64,000 bases of DNA from assembly GCF_009834535.1 (NCBI RefSeq), contig NC_045696.1:105774001-105838000 (forward strand), in the 5' to 3' direction. Position 1 is the first letter of the stretch, and every line of letters starts with the position of its first letter. Both the position numbers and the translations under genes were made by a program. The notes under the pieces were generated by a model. It did not search any database. It had not been told where the DNA came from and saw only the letters and a list, made by a program, of their open reading frames with translations. This document shows positions 53,054-64,000 of this stretch, piece after piece. This DNA is from Camelus ferus (Eukaryota).

Positions 53054-56000
53054 TCCCTTTCCATGGAGTCAAATGGTTGTCTGCTGTCCCAATCTAGACC
53101 TTAAAAGATTATAGAAGTTCCTATAAGGAAGCATACTTGCTGATTTATAAATGAACACTATTGCAGGAAGATTGCCTTTGGAGTGGCCAAGGTCTTCACA
53201 GTTAAGGTCTGGACCTGCCACCTCTCCACATCCTTTGCTCTTCTAGCATAGTGAGAAGCTTCATAAATGTTTTTGGTTGATGGCAAAGCTATTGAGTTTC
53301 GGTTGTCAAATCTGATTATTCTCTCAAAGGAATGGGGGAAAGGCACAAATAATCCAAAATAATTGACTCCATAAATATCTTTGATTTTGAAGTATATTGT
53401 GATAATTTTATGGTAAATTCGCCTTGGTATTTTTTATTCATAGTTCCTGAGCATGAATTAGCTAACCCAGGAATCTGCCCTCTCACTAAGGAAGCTGCAA
53501 GTGTCCCTAGAAGATCCTTCCAATAGGAAGTTCCTTCTCTCCCTGCCCCCTTTGAGCATGTGACAGAAGCTCTGCCAATCAAATGCTCTCTCCCAGCACT
53601 TTGACATTTGAACAAAAAGGAGAGGAGGGGTATGACCTTTGGTCTCAGTGGACTAAGAATGGGGGCTCTAAAGACCAAAGGGAATTTACTGTCCATATAG
53701 TAAACTCAAAAAGGGACCCACTAGGATTCAATTCCCTCATTAAATTACTCATTTACAAACATTTACTGAGCATGCACTGTGTACCAGACACTGTACTAGA
53801 TGTTTGCATGTATTCATTTCATTTAACAGATGAAGAGAGATTTAAAAACTCATAAGAAACTTGCTCAAGATCCCACAGGCAGGCTATAATTCAAACCCCT
53901 GAGTCCTGACTAATTCTAGTGCTTTATCTACTATTCCATAGTTTACTCCAAGGCTTGCCCACACATAATTTTAGGGGTAATATGAAAGAAAAAAAATAGA
54001 TTATTTCTAAACAGCTGGAATTGACTTAAAAAGTAGAATTAACTTTATTTCAACTAAGTGAGTATTACAGCTTATGCATCATCCCTGAGAACACATCTCT
54101 AGTAGGGGTGGAGACTGGAAGGGAAATTTCTCAGGAGATAATGGGTGGGGCCACACACATACATACACACACATACACCACACCACACCACACCACACAC
54201 ACACACACACCCCAGCATAAACAAAACAGAATTCTTCCTGGATCAGAAGGGATGAACCTCAAACAGCCAATAGACAGCTGATGGTTGAGGTGTTTGGAAT
54301 GCATAAGGTCAACAGTCAGCCACTTGGCTACACATGAAAGAAATCCAACTCTACTAGCTTAGACAACTACAGAAAAAGCCTCAAGGGCAATGGCAACTAA
54401 GACTGGCTCTCCTTCTCCTCTTCCTTCTCCCGTCTGTGCATCTCTCAATAAGTCAACCACTCCCTCTCAGACAAGTTCCTACAAGTGAATAGAAGAATAG
54501 CTGTTGGCAGTTTTCAGACCACACCTCCCAGCTACCCCACCCAAGAAGAACTTTACTCCTTCCTCTAGTGCCAATTCAAACATCCTGGTGCAGGACTGGG
54601 AAGGAGGGTTGCTAGGAAAGGAAGAGGGGCTGCAGCCGGTGGCAATGATTATCTAGAAGAAATGCAGAGATAGGAGCCTGCAGTGAAAACATTAAATGTC
54701 CTCCATGTGGAGTTATAGTTCTAATTGGCCTCTCTGGTTATAATTACATCATTGTCTCCATAAATTCAGGAAAGATGTGGATGAAACAGGAGGTTAATGA
54801 GCTCAACTGTATCCCACATCTGCATTAACAACATCATTATTTTCATTTATGGGTATATTCTGTTGATTAGCTTTTATGCCTATTAGCTTTTAATGGACTG
54901 TGACACATGAAAATTTGAGTGTGATGATCATCGCTGATAACCATCCTAGATTTTTCTGTAGATTTTCTTTCTACATTGATACTTCTTTTTCATTTCAGAA
55001 TTGATTAAGCATGTTATACCCAAGTAGATAGATTCAAACCAATGTTCACTTACAAAAGAATTCATTAGAGCCCTGTATTTGCATTTCTCCCCTCACTTAG
55101 CATAGAAAAAAAAGAGGGGCCCTAGACCAGAGTGGGAGTGTGGGCTGGATTAACTCCTTGTCTTATCATTATCACCCTGTGACCTTGGGGAGGTCCTTTA
55201 GCCATTTAAGTTTCCATTTCACTCTCCCTGAAAAGGTTAATATGACCTACTCAGGGATATTGGGAGGAGTAGAGATAACAGATGCTTAGCACAAGGTATG
55301 GGAGGTTTAACAAATAGTGCTTATTGATTTTGACCAAAGCCATTCTCCTACTATGCCCTGACCACTATTTATCCCAGGCTGGGAGGACTCAGCAGTGCCC
55401 ACTCCACACTCACTCACCTGCCCAAGGTACACAGAAAGTGATCAATCACCAGAGGGATCTTCCCTGTCTGAGCCCAAACTGCCCTGCACGGTTCACGGTC
55501 CATTTGATGTCCTGCCACAGGACATCAAATTGCACTGCCACAGGACACATCCTGTATTGTTAACTCAGACTATTAACTCCCACACTGTTCAGTGTTTTGC
55601 CATCAGTGGCCAAACTGACCTCATTTCCTGCCGAGTTAACCTCATTTCCGTTTTTTGATAGGGTTACTAAACCAAATGAGTCCCGAGAATACTGCAGACA
55701 CAGTATATCTGGATTCTGCAAGGGGGATGATAAGGTCTGTGGTGTCTCTGTGGCTAGCATGGCCAAAAGAGGGGGAGACAGTATAAACAGCAGGACTCAT
55801 AGCTCACCAGCAGCAGCCCTTTGATCAGACCAGGAGAAGCTGTGGATTGTGGGAAGTAGGTAGGTGCAGAGAGGTTAACCTGGGAAGAAAAGCTAATGTG
55901 GTCATGGAAGAGATCCTCCAAGATTTAGAGTAGGAAACCATTCACTCATTCACATAGCAATATTTTTTTTAAATAAAAATATAGTTGATTTCCAGTGTTC

Positions 56001-57134
56001 TGTTAATTTCTGGTATACTGCATAGTGATTCAGTTATACATAAATATTCTTTTCCACTAAGATTATTATAAGGTATTGAATATAGTTCCTGTGCTATACA
56101 GTAGAACCTTGTTGTTTATCTGTTTTATATATAGTAGTCTGTATCTACATAGCAAATATTTATTGAGTGCCCATGCAGGGCACTATATAAGGCTCTGGGA
56201 TAGAATAGAACCAAACAGACGTGACTCCTGCCTTTTTGGAGTTTACATTCTAGTGGTGGGGAGAGAGACGATAAACACATAAATCATCTGAAAATTTCTA
56301 AAACTGATGTGATACCAAGAAAATACCATGACTTGGGGAAAGAGAAAGTACTCCCTTAGGTATGATCATCCAGGGATCTAGAGAATGAGTAGCCAGCTGT
56401 GTGAACTTCTGGGGCCAGAGCAAGCTAGGCAGAGGGAACAGCAAATGAAAAGGCCCTAAAAAGAGAATGTGTTTGGTATATTAAGGTCTAAAAAGAAAAG
56501 CAGGTTCAGGGAGCAGAAGTGAAATGAGAGAAGGCGAGAGAGGCAAGGAGAGGAACTTCTAGTGAAGAGCCTCCCAGATGATGGACTCCATGGGGGTTTC
56601 ACACAGTGCCAGCTGCAGCCCCCTCAGCTCTCAAGTCAGCAGAAGTAGTGACTGGAGCAGCCTGATTCCCTCCCTCCCACCACCATCACCTTGGATGCAA
56701 AAAGTTCATCTAATTACCCCAGGGTTCCATGTGCACACTATGATTTCCTTCATGTGCCATGATGTGGAAGGTCGGGTAGCACTGATGTAGCTTTTTTGTA
56801 GATCATGTTTAATACTTCAAATATTGACTCCTGTATAGTTTCAAAGGACAAAATTAGAACTATTGCCTAGAAAATATAGAGATGTACTTCAAAACAAGGG
56901 GAACTTTAAAAACTATTAGAATCATCCAATGATGGAATGGGTTGCCTTAAAAAATAGTCTGCTAGGAAGAGGACAACACACATATTGGGTAGGAAGACTC
57001 AATATTATAAAGATATCTATACACCATAAATTAATCTATACATTTAGCATAACCAGGAATAAAACATCAAGTTTCTGTAACTACACAATTTTAAAATTTA
57101 TATTCCAAGAATATCGGGAAAATTCTTTAAAAAA

Positions 57135-57280
57135 TTTTTTTTATTTCTACTTTTTTTGGGTGGGAGGGTAATTAGGTTTGTTTGTTTGTTTATTCATTAA
57201 TGGAGGTATTGGGGGGGTGAAACCCAGGACCTCATGCATTCTAAGCATGCGCTCTATCACTGAGCTATACACTTCCCCCG
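57135..57280 (-). mobile_element. Vic-1-like SINE
   Basis: Reverse complement of head and tail. Confidence 0.85.
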
Positions 57281-57402
57281 ACCCCCAATCTGGGAAAATT
57301 CTTAAAAATAATCCTGGAAAAAAAAAAAAAGAAAAGGAAGACCACCTCTTCTATGTATTAAACATAGAATAATAAAAACAGGACTGTAAGGGATGTGACT
57401 AG

Positions 57403-57853
57403 TGTTAAAAGGAAAAGCATGGTGCCAAAATGGCATCAGTCATTCATGTTAAAAACCCATGATACCAAGCCTAGATTTATACCGGATCTAACTGCAGTTT
57501 CAACCTCTCCCAGAAATGTAATCTTAACAGACCAGTCTGGAATTTTCAGGTCAAGCACCTGTAAGGCAATCTGTCATGTGGGCCCTCTCCGTTTCCACCC
57601 CTCACCAATCAAAAAGAACCAGTCTGTATAATAAAACCCTGGCTGTTCCCTTCCTCCAACAAAAAAGATGTCCTGGCCTAAAATAATCCTTTCTTCTCTT
57701 TTGCTGATAGCTCCTTGCCCCACCCTTCTTCCTATAAAGACCTTCCATTTTGTATAGCCCCTTGCAGTCTTTTCCAGTGCCAGATGGGATTCTATCCAAT
57801 TCATGAATCTTCCTAATAAAGTCAATTCGATTGTTGAGTTCTGTTTTTTAACA
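57403..57853 (+). mobile_element. ERV1-type solo LTR
   Basis: TGTTAAAA...TTTTAACA inverted ends, 4-bp TSD CTAG, TATAAA at ~57733, AATAAA at ~57815. Confidence 0.88.
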
Positions 57854-58045
57854 CTAGGCAGATAGATAAATGAAACAAAATTAAAAGCCTAGAAACATAT
57901 ACGTAAAGTTGTATATAATTTATATATATAAACTTGGTTTATCACAAAAAATGGTATTCTAGGGGGAGGGTACAGCTCAGTGGTAGAATATGTGCTTAGC
58001 ATGCACAAGGTCGTAGGTTCAATCCTCAATACCTCTGTTTAAAAA

Positions 58046-58047
<2 letters not shown>

Positions 58048-58077
<30 letters not shown>
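58048..58077 (+). repeat. (CA)n microsatellite
   Basis: About 15 perfect units. Confidence 0.95.
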
Positions 58078-58081
<4 letters not shown>

Positions 58082-58240
58082 TTATCTGGCAGGGGAGATA
58101 CCATGATCACGAAGGTGGTTTTCCCAGGCGAGGCTTATCCATTGCACTCCAGATGTGCTGACCCTTGCGATTTCCCCAAATGTGGGAAATTCGACTGCAT
58201 AATTTGTGGTAGTGAGGGACTGTGTTCTCACTTTCCTCTG
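58078..58240 (+). pseudogene. RNU1: Full-length U1 snRNA retrocopy
   Basis: ATATTTATCTGGCAGGGGAGATACCATGATCACGAAGG...AATTTGTGG...TTTCCTCTG. By my hand alignment to recalled canonical U1 it has about 10 substitutions and 1 deletion. No PSE upstream (SINE and CA repeat instead). Confidence 0.95.
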
Positions 58241-58900
58241 ATCTTGTTAATAAGTAAAGAAATAAATAAACCTAATTCCCTACCCCCTCCCAAAAAAGAA
58301 AAATAAAATTAAAAAAAGAGAAAATACTAATTAATTCCAGAGGTTTTTTTTCTAGCTTTACTGAAATATAATTGGAAATTGAAATTGTATATATTTAAGG
58401 TGTACAACATGATGTTTTGATGTACCTTGTGAAATGATTACCAAAATCAAGCTAATAACATATCCTTCACCTCATCCAGTTACCTTTTTTTTTTTTCTTG
58501 GTGGTAGTGAGAACCCTCGAGATATACTATGTTAGTAGATTTCAAGTAAGTAACTCTAGTCACCATGCTATACATTAGGTCTCCCCAACTTACGCATCTT
58601 ATAACTGAAAATGTGTACCCTTTGACCAACATTTCTCCATTTCCCCTGCCCCCAGCCTCTTGTAATCACCATTCTACTCTGTTACTATGTGTTCTACTTT
58701 TTAGATTCCACATATAAGTGAGATCATGCAATAATTGTCTTTCTTTATCTGACTTATTTCACTTAAATTCACTAAATTCAGCCATTTTAAAAAAAAATTC
58801 CTGCATGGAAAAAAACAATTATAAGAGAACTAACAAACTGGAAATTTTAATTTCATTTAAAATTTAATTTTAATTATTCTAAATAAAAACATGTATGTAT

Positions 58901-59033
58901 GGGGGGAGGGTATAGCTCAAGTGGAAGAGCACATGCTTAGCATGTGTGAAGTTCTGGGTTCAATACCCAGTACCTTCTCTAAGAATAAATAAATAAATAA
59001 ATCTAATTATCTCCCCAGCCAAAAAAAGAAAGA
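58901..59033 (+). mobile_element. Vic-1-like SINE
   Basis: tRNA head; TSD AAAAAC(T)ATGTATGTAT. Confidence 0.9.
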
Positions 59034-60354
59034 AAAAACTATGTATGTATATAAATCTACATATTGACAAGAAAAGCAACAAGGAGAAAAAACTAACAGA
59101 AAAATAGCTAAAGGATGTGAACAGACTGAAAATAAACACAATGACTCTCATATATATGAAAAAAATGCTCAACTTCCTTCATAAGAGAAGTGCAAATGAA
59201 AACACCTAAAGGTAACTATTTCTGACCTACTAAATTGGCAGAAGTTGTTTAGTCATTAATATCCTAGTAAGAGTATGGGGAAAAAGTATTCTCATAATTG
59301 ATGAATGGAATACAAATTGATATAATGTCTACTGAGAGCAATTGACAATATCTAGCAAAGTAATAAATGCATCTGCTCTTTGACCCAGCAATTCTGCTTT
59401 TAGATATGTATCCTACAAATCTACACGCACATGAAAAAAAAAGATGTAATATAGTCATTATTCATTGCAGACTTGTTTGTAATAATAAAAGGGCAGGAAC
59501 ACCAAAATCTTCATAAATAGATTGATTCAATAAATGACATATCTGTACAAGGAAATGCTATGCACCAGTGAAAAGGAATAAAGCAGCTTGCTCTAAGTAA
59601 TGGTATGGAATAATTTCTAAGATATGTTATTAAGGGGAAAATATTGCACTTAATCTGCGAACACTTGGGTTTAATAAAAGAAATAATAACATATGCTTTT
59701 AAAATGCCCAGACTATCTCTGGAAGGCTACACATAAAAGTAGCAACAGTGGCTGCCACTGGGGAGCAGAACTGAGGTGCTAGAGGGAGAGGGATAGAAGA
59801 AAGGCTTTCTTTCCATTGTATATTCTTTTATACGCTTTGATATTTATATTGTACATGTTATCTAATTTTAAAAACAGATTACAATTGAAAGTATGGAGTG
59901 AAAACCTGTATAAGTACAGAAAATCGTTAGCCACTCTCACCATCCTGTAACAGATGGTAGGGAGGTGGGGGATTTGAGGTGAGGCTTGACTTTACTGCGA
60001 TACTCTGCCATATTGTTTCAATGTGTTGCATTAAGCACATACAGCTTTTCTTGTCTTTCTTTCTTTCTTTTAAAATTCTTATTTTAATTGGAATGTAGTC
60101 GATTTATGTTAGTTTCAGGTGTACAGCAAAGCGATTTGGTTATACATACACATACATATATATTTTTTCAGATTCTTTTCCATTACAGCTCATTAAAAAA
60201 AATTGAATATAGTTCCCTGTGCTATACAGTAGGTCTTTGTTGTTTACCTATTTTATAGATAGTAATGTCTATCTGTAGCTTTTCTAATTAAAAAAGTTAA
60301 TAGTAGTTTCCTCACCAGGAGTTCTGGTACAAAGCTGAAAAAATAATTTGCAGG

Positions 60355-60603
60355 AGGTGGGAAGGGATAAGTTGGGAGTTCGAGATTTGCAGATACAGAT
60401 ATATATAAAATGGATAAACAACAAGGTTATAATGTATAGCACAGGGAACTATATTCAATATCTTGTAGTAACGTATGGTGAAAAAGAATATGAAAACGAA
60501 TATATGTATGTTCCTATATGACTGAATTATTGCACTGTACACCAGAAATTGATGCAACATTGTAAACTGACTATACTTTAATTTAAATAAATAAATAAAT
60601 AAA
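60355..60603 (+). mobile_element. Short L1 3' end
   Basis: Closely similar to the copy at 49800; ATTTGCAG on both sides. Confidence 0.85.
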
Positions 60604-60699
60604 ACTATTTGCAGAGTACTTTGTAGGGGGAATTCCACTTTGATAGGGAATTTCAAACCAGATTGGTGGGTTTTTGGTGTTTTTTGTTTTTTGGTTTTT

Positions 60700-60990
60700 T
60701 TTTAATTTTGAAGTATAGTTGATTTACAATGTTGTGTTAGTTTCTGGTGCATAGTGATTCAGTTATATATATATATACACATTCTTTTTCATTACAAGTT
60801 ATTACAAGCTATTGAATATACTTCCCTGTGATATACAGTAGGACCTTGTTGTTTATTCTGTATATAGTAGCTTGTACCTGCTAATCCCAACTCCCAATTT
60901 ATCCCTCCTACCCTCTTTTCCCTTTGGTGACCATAAGTTTCTTTTCTATGTCTGAGTCTCTTTCTGTTTTGTAGTAAGTTCATTTGTGTT
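60700..60990 (-). mobile_element. Short L1 3' end
   Basis: Matches the 50255-50570 L1 3' UTR. Confidence 0.85.
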
Positions 60991-62835
60991 CCAGATGGTC
61001 TTTAGGCAGCTTTCAACATAAAACACTCCTTAGTTCTATTATCTACAACTCTAGGTGAATTGGTCTTATTTCTCCAACTGGATTATAAGCCCCTTAAGGA
61101 CACAAAGTCTGAATTTTGCTTTTTAAAAAAATGTCCCTCATCCTTTAGCACAAAGGTACATAAACTTGTCAAATAAAGTCTGTCACTTGAATGCAGGGAC
61201 ATCTATTTTTTCATAGCTGACATGGTACGGATTTAGTGCTCAGAGTTGTTAAGGTTACACATTGTTGTTCTAACCTTTCCTATCACAAAGAGAAATGTAA
61301 TACAGTTTTCCTGGTAAAGGAGGCTTAGTCAGCACATTTTGCTTTGGGTTTGGTAAAACAAGAATTTGTTCAAAGTCAGTGGACCAAAAAGGGTTGGCCA
61401 GCACAATGCTATGATCTCAATTTATACAACACCAACAACAGAGCTGCAGGTCTACAGCCTGGGACCTTTCCCTGGGCACCCATGTGGGTCTCTGATTATC
61501 ATCGATCCTTCTGGGGTAAATCTTCTACTTAACGTGTCCTGAATGAATGACTGCACTAATGTATGAATACATGCCCAAAGGAATAGACGGATAAATTATT
61601 AGATAAATACATGCATTAATTACTGAATGAAACACTTTCCCATGGGGCAGACAGACATATGTATGGGTCATAGACACGGAGCCTGCTAATACTGATGGAC
61701 CTAGAAAGTAGAAATAGACACAATGAGCCCAGGACCGAGGTCCTTCCTGTTAGGAAGTGGCCCCACCCCCTGGTCAGTGCCGAAGAGTGTGCCCAGCTGA
61801 GTAGAGTACAGAGCACAGGTTCAGAAACAAACATATCAAGATGGGCCCCCAACAAGGAACCTTTTATCCCTCCAGGGCCAAGATTAAGCTGCTACTTCAG
61901 GAAATACCTACTTGTAAACCCCTTGATTAAAAATATTTGGTTTCCTCCATATTTGGCTCTTGATAATTCCAGATATTCTATACTCAATTTTTTTCACACC
62001 AGGAAACATGTATATGTCAAAATGTGATTATATCTAGATTTGTTTTTTCTTTTTTGCCACTTAACCCTTCTCTTACACACACACACCAAAACAATGGAAA
62101 ATGGCAACTACAGCTCAAAAGCTCACAAAGTCCAAAAAGTGGTCAAGCATATATAAAATGCTGTCTTGAAAAAACTATTAAACTGGCAAAGGTTCCTTTT
62201 TTAATGAGAATGCTCAGTGTTACTATGGTCAAAGCAGTTCTACTGGCAAACTCCTGCTGGTGGTAGTATAAATTGGGAAAGCCCTTGGGAGCGCATTGGG
62301 CAATCCACCTTGAAAGCTTTAACAATATTCCTACCCTATGTCCTACTGATCTCACTTTTTACAACAAGGATGTGATGCAAAGAAATAATCCTTATTCTTA
62401 GAACATAATCCCAAAATGTTTTTTTAAAGACTTAAAATAGCAGACCCCACCCCACCACCCCCATTTTCCAGGCTCTAATCTTCTTTCTCTGCTTCTCTCC
62501 CTAATGCATATTATATATTCATGTGTTTGTCTGTGTTTACTCCCCACCCACCCACAAGAATATAAACAAACTGTGTCCCTAGTGCCTTTGAATAATTCCT
62601 TACACATAGTAGGTACTCATAAGTATCTGTTTAACTAATGATTCTTAATAGTGAAAATTAAAACAAATGCAAAAAAATAGAGTAATAATGATTAAGTAAT
62701 AATGAGCCAGTACGTTTTGGCAATCTTCTGATTGGCTGTTGTGTAGTCATAATAAATGTAATTATAATAACTAGAGCAACTTAGAAAATAGATATACTGT
62801 AAAGGGGGAAATCAAAATGCAAAATAGTATAGAGG

Positions 62836-63290
62836 TGTGGTAGATTATCACAGTAATGACCCCAAGGAACTGCACCTGCTTGTATCTGGACTTTCATTAA
62901 ATCCCCTCTCACACTAACTCTGGGCTTCATCATGTGACTTGTTTTGGACAATGGAACGTTAGCAAAGACGATTCCGGCAGAGCTTGAAAACTGTTTGCAT
63001 GGTGGGTCTTGATGTCTCTCTCTTGCTGCTTTTGGAACCCAGCTGCCCAGGTAGCATGCTGGAAATATACCAACCAGCCCATAGCCAGCGCCAGACACTG
63101 TCTCATTCACAGAATGAGGCCATATTATATAACATCCAACTCCTGTTGAGCCACCAGAAGACTGCAGTGGCATGAATGGCCCTCGTTGATAATAGCAGAA
63201 GAAATGCCCAGTTGAGCTCTGCTGAATTGATGACTCACAGAATTGTGAGCAAGCGAAAGGGTTGTAGTATTAAGCACTAAGTCTTTGATA
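62836..63290 (+). mobile_element. MaLR LTR (MLT1-like, old)
   Basis: CATGTGACTTGTTTTGGACAATGGAA; CACAGAATTGTGAGC; TAAGCACTAAG. Confidence 0.7.
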
Positions 63291-63681
63291 TATCTGCTTT
63301 ATTGAAATAGGTGTGCATATGTAGAAAAAAAAGTAGCAGTGCTGTTTGCACAGAAAGAACTCACAGCAATCTTGTGATGAAAGAAACTCAGGTGAAGAGA
63401 CTTCTTGACAAGGTGTGACTTGCCATGGCCCCAACCGTTGGCACAGAGACCAGCATATTCCAGAGAAAAAAAGCCAACATAATCTATAGAAAAACAACAA
63501 TAAAAAGCAGCACACAAATGAGTACAACGGTTCTGTTTAGAGCGATGAAAAAGTTTTGGCAAAAAATAGTGGTGAGAGTTGTACAGCACTGTGAACATAA
63601 TTAATGTCATTGAATTGTATAATTTTAAAACAGTTTGTTAAAATAGCATGTATATCCACAATTTAAAAAAACAAGCATGAA

Positions 63682-63820
63682 GGGGAGGGTATAGCTCAGT
63701 AGTAGAGTGCATGCTTAGCATGCACCAGGTCCTGGATTCAATCTCTCTAGTACCTCCATTAAAAATAAATAAATAAACCTAATTATCTCTGCCCCTCCAA
63801 AAAAATTAAAAAAAAAAAAC
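63682..63820 (+). mobile_element. Vic-1-like SINE
   Basis: tRNA head, AAACCTAATTA tail, poly-A. Confidence 0.9.
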
Positions 63821-64000
63821 CCACAAAACCATATAAGCAAAGTCACCTATCACAAACTTCCTTCAAAACCGACAATCTTTCCCTAACATGCTGTATAATC
63901 CGTGCTCAGCCACCATGAACTGCTCAAGTAGTGGGCCAATACCTGCTCAGGGTCACTTTCTATGTTTCCGTGCAGACTTAGGCTGAGTGATGCAACGCGG

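Larger units (their letters stand above)
57962..58318 (+). mobile_element. Vic-1-like tRNA-Ala SINE interrupted by (CA)n and U1
   Basis: tRNA head at 57962-58040; SINE tail AAATAAATAAACCTAATT at ~58260. Confidence 0.9.

Noticed and set aside
58078..58240. Functional U1 snRNA gene
   Set aside because: No PSE/DSE upstream, no convincing 3' box, mutated 5' end and stem-loop IV, and it is embedded in a SINE.

Overview
Mammalian genomic DNA, very probably camelid (camel/alpaca/llama): it carries ~18 copies of a tRNA-Ala(AGC)-derived SINE matching the camelid Vic-1 family. The only supportable protein-coding gene is the single-exon forkhead gene FOXL2 (+ strand, 2335-3468, 377 aa, 14-Ala tract), which lies in a CpG-island bidirectional promoter. 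On the opposite strand is exon 1 of the FOXL2NB/C3orf72 (PFOXic-like) antisense gene, whose ORF is broken here by a stop at codon 21. About 13 kb of nearly transposon-free, CpG-rich DNA covers and follows the gene. Two orphan CpG islands sit at ~18.5 kb and ~29.5 kb, followed by a repeat-rich gene desert (L1, L2, MIR, MaLR/ERVL, three ERV1-type solo LTRs with 4-bp TSDs, MER5/MER20). I see no convincing new multi-gene system. The most interesting signals are a divergent array of strong CTCF motifs 3' of FOXL2 (candidate domain boundary), a full-length U1 snRNA copy nested inside a Vic-1 SINE, an apparent L1 3' transduction, and the disabled FOXL2NB ORF. Repeat subfamily names and comparisons with human sequences come from memory, not from a database search.
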